Shown here: positions 28,401-40,400 of the stretch, piece by piece | Layout of the letters: each line of letters begins with the position of its first letter | How positions within the stretch are numbered: position 1 is the first letter of the stretch | NCBI GenBank assembly: GCA_051294905.1 | Contig: CM119371.1 | Span: 41,418,001 to 41,482,000 of the forward strand | Origin: Botryllus schlosseri | Lineage: Eukaryota | Direction of reading: 5' to 3' | DNA: 64,000 bases | Position numbers and translations under genes: made by a program | Notes under the pieces: generated by a model | Seen by the model: the letters and a program-made list of their open reading frames with translations, nothing else | The model's database searches: none | What the model was told of the DNA's origin: nothing

Positions 28401-31400
28401 AGAGAAAAGTGGGTAATTCCGCTGTCCAATCAAAGTGATGGTATTTTTTTAGTCAACCAAATACAAACTAGGAATAAATCTACAAATTTTTACCGATTTT
28501 ACTCCGGTATTGTAAGTATGAAAATTTTGTGTTCCAAATATGGTAACCCTAACTAACGTTCCATTTCGACATTTGGTGGTGGTCGAATCACACGCGCCTC
28601 ATAGAACAAGTCATTATTGCGACGTAGGATACTTTTCATCAGGCCCAATCCCACATCCCACTACAACTTGAAAGCCATATTTGCAACGCAAACCACGTCT
28701 CTTGTGTGCCTGGTAGAATATAGATAAGCCCATGTCTTGGGTTGCATTTAAAACAAACGGGGTTTTAAAAGACTTTGTTCAACACATGTTTTAAGCAATA
28801 TTTTTTAAAAAAGGCCTTATAACGAAATTGTGTTTGTTTTAGGTTGTAAAATTATGCCATAATTGTGTAAATAATAAACAAAAAAAACATGTTGTGTGAG
28901 CCTACGGACAATTATTTAACATCCGATTTAGCCGACGTATATCGATATGTGATGATTAGAACCCTCAAACTAGTCGGTTCAACAGCAATAGTACATATAT
29001 TTCGTCAAAGGAACTATTTTTACCCTGTATTTTCAATTGTCAATGTCAATCCACTATGGCGTCAAAATTGAATAACCGTGACGTCATGGCTTAAAAAAAC
29101 ACGAAAAACGATAAACAACATATTTTAAATTAGGGCCTTGTTTTAAACATGTTTGTTTTAAATTGATTTTTGTTTTAAATGTAACCCCACCCATGCCCAT
29201 TGTCAATCAGAGTGGCCGTCATGATGCAAAATGCGATTCCTTGGTATTTCCTGACGCAATAATTGGCACGTACAAAGTAGCCTACATATTTGGATTTCAG
29301 ACCCGTGAACGAAATGGTTCACAAAGTGGGGGCATCTTTAGTTACATCCCCTAACATTCAGGCTCCACAAGTCATAGTACAAAGTTAAAGCTGTTTGCGT
29401 GAGATGAAATTTTTAATGTGCTAGGCCTACGGTACCCAATGGCATGGGCAAGAAAAACGTTCCAAAAGCTATCCTTAATGAATAAACGACCATGCATGCA
29501 TATTATCTGTCATTATAGAAAATTGGTACGGTACACAATGAAATGTGCAGCTTAATGCAGAGAAAACGGTCTAAAACTTATACTCAATGAAGAAACCACC
29601 ATGCATACATATTATCTTTGATGATAGGAAAAGGGAGCTCAGCTTACAGAAGATTTGCTAACTGACTTCATGACTGCTATAACAACCCTATCTTCCAAAT
29701 ATAAGGAATCGACTACTGACGACTTCGATATATTCATCGATCTTTATCATGACATTTCGCAGAGCGTCGAGCAAACTGAAATCAAGGTAAGCAAAAGCTA
29801 TATTTGAAGAGTTAGTCACAAATAAATTTAAGACGCCCCTAAATTAGAGAGTATACAGACCAGAATTAAAATCCACCCCTAATTTACTGCAATGCTTGCT
29901 TTATGATACAAAAAGCTTGTTTGTGAAACATTAGTATACAAGATCTGAGCATAAATTGTACAGTACGCGTAAGGAACTGGTCATATGGCCTGGACACCTG
30001 AGCAGTGTAGGAATGACTCGAGTCACCTTTTTCGTAAGACTTGACTTGACTCGAGTCACTTTGCTAAAATGACTGGACTTGACTTGACTCGGCGTATATC
30101 AGGAATGTGGATTGACTCGTGACTCGGAGCAAAATTCACTAGTCAATTTCAAGTCATCAAGTAATCGGTGTCGATAAAGATCACTGTATCTTGCATATGT
30201 TAGGATTGTTCGGGAAACGCTAGTGTGAACCGTGAGAGAGACCAATCATTCAATGATCGTGCATTTTACTGAGCCTCCACTGTTCTCTCACAAATAAATT
30301 GACAGCTTACGTTGTCGTAAACTAGTAGTAAAGTAATTTAATGACAAAATATATTTTTCTGTTCTCTGTTTTTACTGAAATTGAATTCGGATATGGTTTC
30401 TATGCTCCTCAACCATTGGCGTGTGCTCGAATCGTATCATATCAATATGTAATTGGATAATACATTGCATCTTATCAATTCGTTTCTCTATTTTCTATTA
30501 TGTCTGGTAACTATAAACTGGGGCTGCTATACAATTACTTACGTATATAGTTTTACTGTTTATGTCGTACACGCCAAGGTGGATTAAATACCGCGTTCAA
30601 CGGAAGATGTGCAGTCAGGAGATTTATGTCAAAATCGGGCCAGTGTATTCTATTTCTGACACAGGGCGTGTACGACATATTTCCTTAATAACATCGGCTG
30701 ACAAATATATAAAGTTCGACCTCTGTGTGACTGCTGGAGCGTGAAGTTCCTGTGGAAATTCCAATAAATTGCAGCTCCATTACGGTGGTGTTCTGAAGAA
30801 ACGGTTGAGGACATTTTTTTTTCGTTTTGCGCTCAAATTTGAGACCACATTATTTTTAGAGTGCAGTGCCTCGATGTTACTTGGGACTCAGAGGTAGTGA
30901 CTTAATCCCAAGACTGCACCTGAGACCATTCGATACTATACTCTATACCTGGGGTCGGCAACCTTTTGTATGCAGCGTGCCAAAATGTCAAAAAAATGTG
31001 AAATTATTACCAACTGGCGTGCCAAGTATTTTTAATCTTGAAATATTTAACGTTTCAAGTAAGGAATCCCACCTACCGCTTATCAGCATCTGGCAACGGT
31101 GACGCCATTCGTTACGGTCGTGATTCTTAAATTACACCATGTAATAAAATTTTGCAAAAGTTTCCGTTTGCTGAAAAAAATTTTGTGTATTGTGTTTTAG
31201 TATTCCAATCTAATTACAAAAATACCAAAATTTTTCCTGAAGAGTCCCAATTTTCGAAGAAATGTCAATTTCTCTAATTTTATATTTTACTCATAATTGT
31301 TCCGTATTAATCACAATAATTCTTTATTGGAGATAAGAAAACGCTAATGAAAAGGTTAATATGAACAAATATAGCTTACTCATGCATCAAGTGACAAATC

Positions 31401-34400
31401 AACACTTTAAAAATCGTCAGAAGTGGTTTTGTTTGCGTGACTTGCCTCTGGGAAATGAGAAATCTTCTCTTATTATGGACCATCATAAACCATGCAACAA
31501 AATTTTGTAAAATTTTATTTGAGTGAAAAATTTTATGTATTGTGTTTTGCTATTCCAAACCAAAGTCACTCAACTATGACAAGTCGTCCGACTAATAAGC
31601 ACTATGCTATGAGAGTACTGGAGCGCAAAATGTTGCACAAAAGTCCGTCGGCGCTAACCTACGGTAAAGTAAATCCCTGCTTGCCGACCTTATATTTCGA
31701 CTTTTAACGGTTATTTCTCGAGAATTCTTTGGCTGTGTGTGATTTCAAGCAGCATAGTATGTATTTCAACGACATTAAAACGAAATATTTATAAATGGAC
31801 GACCTTCAAACGAAAGATACCTTATTCTGCTACAATATAAATTTCGGCTTGGAGCGAAAATATTACTAATCGGGATACGGGATTATTGCTGGTCATCGCC
31901 TTCCAGTTATACAGTCCACCATAGTCGCACGAATGCGATGACCTGCTGTCATTGCCCAATGGAACTCAAGTTCTCACTGACTGGAGCAAAACAACCTGCA
32001 AGCAAACAATAACTAGCCTATACCACCCGGCGCTCCGGGATTTCCGACTAGCCTGCACGTCTAAACAACGCATGTCTGCAGCAACTTTTATGCAACAAAC
32101 TGGAACTAAACATGTAAAAACCTCATCTCCAAAGTCCACAGATACCATAGTTTTTTTTATTGTTTGTTGCCTTATACATTTTTCTGCATACCGTTTTCTC
32201 TCTCTGATGACTCTTCAATTTCTCTTTAGCAATTCACAACCTGACCACAAATTTACAGATGATTTTTGCGATAGATCCATGTATTCGGATGACACGAAAT
32301 ATAGGTGGTCACACTCACAGCATATCATAAAAAGAACTAGCAATAAAAAGGATTAGTGTGAGTTGACGAGGTCGACATATCATGTCACAGTCCTGCCGGC
32401 TGAATAGTATCCCTTCAGTAGAAACTGATTGAATGTAGACCTAGACTGGCTTGACGACTGCCGGAATACTGTTCCACAGGTGTAGTCCGGAATACTTGAT
32501 GGAGCGATGTTAGACGGCGTAGACGGGTATGCGTTGTGCTTATGCAATTTTGATTCTAATATACAATGCTTTCATGCTCCAATTTATATCTGATGTGTAT
32601 GACCGAATATTCATCAATGTCGTATCTGGGTAATCGTGAAGTGGCTGAATGAATATTGACCAATGCACCACAACAAAATGAACGATTGGTGAACTGAGCG
32701 AGATAGTGTAATAGTTATGCATCCGGCTTCTCGAGCGGTAGGTCGTGGGTTCGATCCCCGGCCGGGTCATCCCAAAGACTCGAAAATTGGTATCCGCAGC
32801 TATCCTGCTAGGCGCTCAGCAATCACGGATAGCATGGAGGAGAAGAAAAACGGGGGCGCAGAATAGATGACCTCATGGGGCGGTATCGCAACTCCGTCTT
32901 CAAAGCATCTCGATGGTGCAGGCGAAAAATAATTTCATATCTCTCTCTCTCTGTGTGTCCGACCCGCCAGTGCCAGATAGTATAAGCCACTTCGAAGAGC
33001 GATTACATGCATAAACCGAGTCATCAAATTGGGGTTAGCATGGTATATGGAATAGAGTTACAGCGATCAGTTTTAAACAAATGACGAATTCCGTTGCTGT
33101 TGCATGATAATTCCTCACATGCAGACCTCAATAAAAATATAACATACTATATGAATAAATAAACCGAAACTAATCTCGTACCAACTTGAACCCTTTGTGG
33201 ACTGTCCAAACAAGAGAAAATCAAGGATCTGTTTTGCAGGCAACAGCAATTGCTTATGGCTACAATACAAAGTATGCTCGATAGTCGGCTTCAACTGGTT
33301 TGCTTGACGGGTAACGCAAAGCTGGTTTCCATGTATGATTGTAAATTTCATTCATTGAACAGGTGTAATGTAATCATTTGAAAAAATGCTCAAGGTCACT
33401 GATAATGAAAAAGTGCAAAATTATGATGAAAATATGCGCAATGACTCGAGTCCAAGTCGAGTCAATACACAAATTGACTCGAGTCGAGTCGAGTCATTTC
33501 CGTATTTTGAAAAAATGACTCGAGTCAAGTCGAGTCATCTGAAAATCGTGGCTCGAGTCGAGTCGAGTCATGACTCGAGTCATTACAACCCTGGTCCCGA
33601 CTAAATCATCGAACTCATTCTGGTTACGAATGTGTGGTTTTGGATTTATATTGCGGACCAGGTATGGCGTCGGATAACCTGCTAGAGTTGTAACCTGAGT
33701 CCCACGTAATGTGTGGCTGGGTAGATATACTTAGCTCTTTTCGTAGTAGACGCACGTCCCTGCGTTAGTCCTTGATCTGACAACTTCAACGTGAATGCAA
33801 CGACAGTATTGCCTCAGATAGATATATTGGTCGAATATGCATGGAATATACAGTAGGATATTGCAGATGAGTCTAGTTTGTAATTGAAATTGCCGGCCAT
33901 CCGACAGTCGACGAGCATGTCCACGTTCAAGTCGAAATACAAGCAATTACTACTAAATAAATGCCTCATGCCTCCTCTTTACATCGCCTAGGCCAAGGTG
34001 GGTGTCAGATTCCATAGACTACTCCTTGTCGCTTCGACATCTTCCTGTCTTTTTCATTGTATCGCATTTTTGTGGTGTATTGAACTGATAAAATTGCTAA
34101 TAAACCAATGATGATGATGAATGATGATGAAACGCACGAGCTGATAAATGGTAAGTCACGTGGTAGCGAGAAGAAAGATATAAGTCACGTGATATACAGA
34201 TATGGGCGATGTACCATAATGATGTTGTATCTTACAAAGTGTATGAACCGTGAGAGGGCGCAGGACGTCCTACAATATCTATATAGGAGAATTTTGAAGT
34301 CGTCATCGGAGTCATTTTCTCTACATGAAATGCCCAGTTTTTATCTTTGTCCCCAATTTTCATGCCAAAGTAAAGTTATTAGGTATAAAAACGTTACCTA

Positions 34401-37400
34401 TATCTATATTTTGTGCTCAACTTGTTTCAGCCTGATATACAAACCACAGATATATGAAAATCAGCCAGCAGGCAGATTACATTTGTAATGTTGACATTAC
34501 TGACGAGATTATACTCACTAGATCCACAATCAGATCCACAATCAGAACAAAACGAAAAGGAATTTGAGATTGCTTGCTGTAGCCAATGCTGACTAACCGA
34601 GACCGAGAAGATGATTGCTGCTAACAACTAACTATTATGAATTGAATGATGAATCAATGTGACGTCATAGTTATTAAGAATTTTAATAAAGGAGCTTTAA
34701 AAACATGATGAGGGCGGTGTAAAAAGCTGAACGACACTTGAGGCAAATAAATGCCAGAAACAAGTTTTACTAAAAATATGGTAAAGGAAATATCAAGAAA
34801 TCGGCTCAACTAAATTTTTGTTACATGGTGTTATTAGTTATTGGTCGCTATCGCACTGGTCATATCGCCTACTTACGTTATAGCCTATTTACATCATTTA
34901 TTTTATTCGCGCAATGATCGATCTTCTGTAGTTGCTTTGGTCGTTTCCAAGTCAACTGTGTTCGATACCATGTCCAATCAGTGACTGGCCAATCAATATT
35001 GTTACGATGATATGTCCTAATGATACAAAAATGTGCCCGCCTATGTATCAGTATATCATACAAATTGGTTTGATGTCACATTAAGGTCGATCTGACACTA
35101 TATTTGTCTGCTAAGGTCGCGGTAAAGCGGTGAAGGTTGTCGTTGCTCCAGATATCGCTAACACGTACCAGACGAACCTAAAGAATGTATTCTACCAAAT
35201 TCGCATTTCGACGCAGAGGCTCATTATTTTCTCGGCGGGTCTCATTTGAAATTTAAGGCTCAAGCTGGGGCGCTGGACTATTCGGCGCTGGTCATTTCGT
35301 TACAGTGGACATTATTAATGTCGAACGTTTTGGCCAACATGCAGCCGTTATTTTATTCCAAGGTTTTATCGACGCCGATCATTGTGGCAGCACACACACC
35401 GAACGGAGTGGCATGGCCGCATGTTACCCGAAACGTTATGTCTAGGTTGTTTCTTCTATTGCGTGAACATGCCCAGCGTCGAAATGCAGTTTCATACACT
35501 AGTCGCGATCCCGCACGCTGTACAATCAGTGCACACTCCTAGACTAAAGCGTTCAAACGGCTTCATACGATATTAAGTTGCCGCAGGGTTGTAAGTTGTA
35601 ACCAAGTCACAAGGCTCCGAGTCACAAGTCAATCTCACATTTATAGTTTTGGCTCGAGTCAAGTCGAGTCATTTCAATTCACCACCGAGTCAAGTCCGAG
35701 TCCAAGTCAGCGAGCAGAGTGCCGAGTCCGAGTCATGGAATTATGACTCGAGTCCGAGTCCAAGTCATTGTGTTGACTGCTCAGTTTCCATTTGAAGTCT
35801 TGGTAAACCCACTTTTTATAACTCTGTTTGGTGATATCGAATGGTTCGCATTTATAATATACCAATTTCCCTCACTTATAGCAGTTTATGGTCGCATTTT
35901 CAAGTACCAGTACCAACAGACGAAATCCCAATAGTGTGTTGGCTTCGGAATTACAATGAAGTGTCGGTCTTGGCCGTCTGAGTCTCGAGTCAATGACTTG
36001 GTTCGAGTCATGCGCAATGACTCGAGTCCAAGTCGAGTCAATACATAGATTGACTCGAGTCGAGTCATTTCCGTATTTTGAATAAATGACTCGAGTCAAG
36101 TCGAGTCATCAGAAAATCGTGACTCGAGTCATTACAACCCTGAGTTGCCGTTCTTTCATAATACGGATGGACTCATTTCTGTACATTATTCATATTTTGG
36201 GGGGTTCCCACGTTATAAACAAGAAATCATGATCCAGTAAGTCACGCGATGCTAGGAAAAAATCCAAGTGAAATAAAATCTGTCGCGAAAGACTATTTTA
36301 TATAGATTTACAAAATAAGTTTGGGTCGTCTACCAGCTTTGTACATTGTAAATACTTCAATTTAATTTTTTGCTAACACATGGTTATAATATGTCGTTTA
36401 AGTCAAATCATTTAGCGAGCCAGGAAAACTCATCTCGCGTGCCACAAATGACACGCGTGCCGGGGGTTGTCGGCCCCGCTCGATACACCCACTTGTAATG
36501 GTTGCAAAGTAACGCCTGCCTATCATTGGTAATTTTAGAGATAGTTATCAAGGAAGTTTCCTTCCAGGTTTCAGAGTTAGCAATGTACAATATAATATTG
36601 GCGACGGATAATCTACGCAAGGCTGTGCACCGTACTGTGGGACATCAACTTGAGAAAGCTGAAAGCACAAAACTAGTTAGATCTTTGGGAATCTTTGCGG
36701 ACAACATTGCGCTATCACAGAATCTCCTAAATATCGCGTCATGGTCAGTGAAATTTCTGGTAAGTATAACCATTGTGACATAATACTTGAGCAGACATTG
36801 GTGAAGGATACGTGATTAACCATCGTGATGTCGAAATTAAGAAATGACAACCGACTTCAGCAACCCTTTTCATCAAGCCTTGACTTGATTCTAACTTTTC
36901 ACTGAGCACGATTGCTGCAAATTCATTTTCGTTCCGGTATTCGTACTATCTATAGCAGAGGTCTCAAACACGCGGCCCGCCAGAGCATTTTGTGCGGCCC
37001 GCGACGACATTTTAGATTTTTGTTAATTTGACAATATATAAGTTTCACATATATCTTTTCAGGTTATAAAATGATAATTCCCTCTTAAATTGCTCCGAAA
37101 GCCTTAAACTATTCATCAAACTTCACTATCACATCAATTGCAAACGCTACCATGCAGTGGAAGATTCACTATTTCGCCACATTTCCAATTCATGATGGCA
37201 AAACCTGACCCTTAGACGATTCGTGACTGAAATTCGTGAGTTGGACTTGGACGCGACCTTTCTTAGAATTACTCAGACTCGGGCTAACGCGATGGCAAAA
37301 TGAAAGTTACTCGAGTGGACTTAGAGTGACTCGGAATTCCGTGAATTTGTTAAAACCATGGACGAAACAAATAGTAATAGATCAGAAGGTCGCAGGTTGG

Positions 37401-40400
37401 TATTTCGCTGACCAAGCAAGTAGTTATGGCAACCATTGGCAATCTGTTAGTTACATCCTCGGTCTCTAAATCATGTTATCAAGGCCACTTAAAGGTACCG
37501 AGTACCGTAGTGGTACGCTCCAACGATGTAACAGCAATGGGCCGTTCGGCGTTCCGACATTTCCTTCACTAGGACACATTCAATAATATATTTATGTTAT
37601 ATTTATATTTTTTCTGCTCCTATATTTGAAGATATTTGGCCATGAGATTAACAGCCTACTTATCAGAAGTAGGCTATTACCGAATCCTGGATTGGAATTA
37701 CAATGCTCAACTTAAAAATGTTTTGATATCAGATCAGTCTCTATTATCAGTCTGTTTAATTCAAAATATTCATAGTAGCTGAAAAATTATAACCCGATAG
37801 CTTTTATGATGGCATCATACATTTGTCGACCCATATGGTGTCTATATCTTATAAATAAATCTATATAAAAGTACAACAATAATTCTATTCAAATAGGTAT
37901 GAATGTGATGATTCTATTCGTGCCAGTCCTAAATTGATACAGGAGTAAATCACATTTTTACGATGTGTGTTTACTGTCAGTCTGCTGCTGGATCGGCTCA
38001 CTTTCAATAGGACAATTCATTTCCGCCAAATAAGGCCTACTTGGAAAGACATACAATACCCCTATAAATGCTGCGGCCCGCGGCGTCGTCAAAACTGGAA
38101 AACTGGTCCGCGAGCACATTTGAGTTTGAGACCTCTGATCTATAGGGTTACCGTATTTGGGAATTGGGGAAAGGAGGACACTGTTTCAAAATTTTCAATG
38201 GTAAATTTTCCACGACATTGTGGATGGTTTACTGAAAGGTCAACTTTCCGCCTCAATTCCAGAAATCAGTTTTTTTCGCGCTGTACATTGGTTGACTATA
38301 CAAAAAAGTCGTCACTTTCGAACCACTATTTAGCGTCATTTATGCCAATTTTCATACGAATCTATCCACTATCTAAGTTCTAAAAGCTGTAAATGAGGAC
38401 ATTTAGGCGTCTTCGTGGGAAATTTTCAGAAACCTGAAAAAGGAGAACAAATCCTCCTAAAGGATGACGTATGGTAACCCTATATTATTTGTATCTATCA
38501 CGATCAGTTATCGATATTACTGGACCACAATCTGATATATCCATATCACCTTCTCACACACGTCACCTCATTTTTATCGTTTGTCCTTCAACTGTCGTCG
38601 ATTAGCCTACTCTTAATTCAGTTTTCGTGCCTATTCTTTACATCGTCTAGGACCAGGTGGGCTACGACGTGTTCCTATCCTCTCATCAGATCGCAATTTT
38701 GAGGTGTTTTGATGTGATGAAATTATTAATAAACTGATACTGTTATGACTCCAACCCGAAGCAATCAGTAATGCAGTAATTATAAGCCGGCCTTACACTA
38801 TATACTGGTGAAGACATTTCGAAACATTCTTTATTGCCATCGAACCGTAGGCTCAAAAAGTCGACGGACTATCATCTGTTGAATTTACCGACGCGCCAGC
38901 CAGCGTTACTAAAGGAAATCGACGAATTATTACCGCTCATGTACCTCAGTCCGCTCTCAAGGCACCGACTAATTCGTTGCGGAATGCCGTGTTCTTCCTG
39001 CATAGAGACAAAACACTCTTCCCGACTAGTGACGAAGAGAATTCGGAGATGAGTGAGGTAATTCATCAATTCGTTTATTTCAAAACACCATCGCAAGACT
39101 TTGATACAATGTGATAAAGCAAAATTGAAAAGTCCGCACTTCCTAAACTCATTATTCATGTCTATATTTCCGAACTACAGCTAAACGAGTTTCAGATTAC
39201 TATACCGCTGCCTTTGGCTATAAAGTGTTTCATACTACGACTGTTTCATTTAGGGACAGCGTTGAATTTAAATCAAAAATCAATTTAAAACTAATATGTT
39301 TGAAATAAGGCCCTTGTTTAAAACATGTGTTTTACTGTGCTTTTTAGGCTTTTTTGTTATCCATGACGTCATGAATATTTAATTGTGACGTAACGATGGA
39401 TTGGCATTGACAATTGAAAATATTGGGTATAAATATGGCTCCTTCCACGAAAACGGCTTCTGATGACTGTCATTAACAGAACAAAACTATTTTTAACCAT
39501 TACATGGTTATACAGCATTTTTACGGTCGTTGGTAATCATCACCAGAACATCCATTCGGTACCAATGATCTATACGTGCAAAAACTGTTGAACCGGCGAC
39601 GATTTCGAGGGTTACAGCCACCCCACATTGTATACGTCGACTATTTTGGGTGCAATTGTCCGTAGGATCATACTACATGGTTTGTCAGATTTATTTAAAC
39701 AACTATCGCATAATTAGACAACGTTAGAAAAAAACCGCTTTTTTTCAAGAAGGCATTTGTTTAAAACACTGTTTAAAACATGTTTTGAACAAAGTGTTTT
39801 AAAACACCGATTGTTCTAAATGCAACCCTAGCTTCATTACAACAGTCGACATACAAGTCTTTACAAGATGCTGACGATAATAATCAATGATGAGTGTCAG
39901 CAGGAAATATTCGGGTTTATTTCAATTAGTCTGTTGCTAAACCGTAATAGCTTCATATATGTTCAGATACTCAGCATCCAGATTACAAACACAACGCTAC
40001 AAAACCTTCCAGAGACCATCAAAATATCATTTCCACTTCCCAATCAGATATCCGGTACAAACGAAGTCCTACTATCTTCGGTAACATGAAACCTAATGTC
40101 ACTCTTGAGCTTAGAAGTTTTAACTATAATGATTTTCAACAGGCTAGTCCAAGTGGATGCAGATTTACGACACAGAGGTGTACATTTCTCGACGTTGAAA
40201 CTGGGAATTGGGAATATAGCGGATGTGAAACTCAATACGGAGATACGCCGGAATATATTACGTGTAGTTGTAATCACGAGGCCAATTTCGCTGTGCTAGT
40301 GGTAAGAAACTTTCATCATGATGATAAATTTTTCACGTGATACAAATAATCCTGCGAATATACCTGAAATTTGGATTCAGAAAACAAACAACGTCAAAAA

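Larger units (their letters stand above)
30949..36478. mobile_element. hAT-Charlie-like shell carrying nested LINE 3' ends, a SINE and MITEs
   Basis: CTGGGGTCGGCAACC...GGTTGTCGGCCCCG; TSD CTCTATAC/CTCGATAC. Confidence 0.6.

Noticed and set aside
26968..36142. GACTCGAGTC palindromic arrays as CRISPR-like repeats
   Set aside because: No fixed repeat-spacer period, no cas genes, eukaryotic context, and the arrays are bounded by TIRs and 8-bp TSDs.
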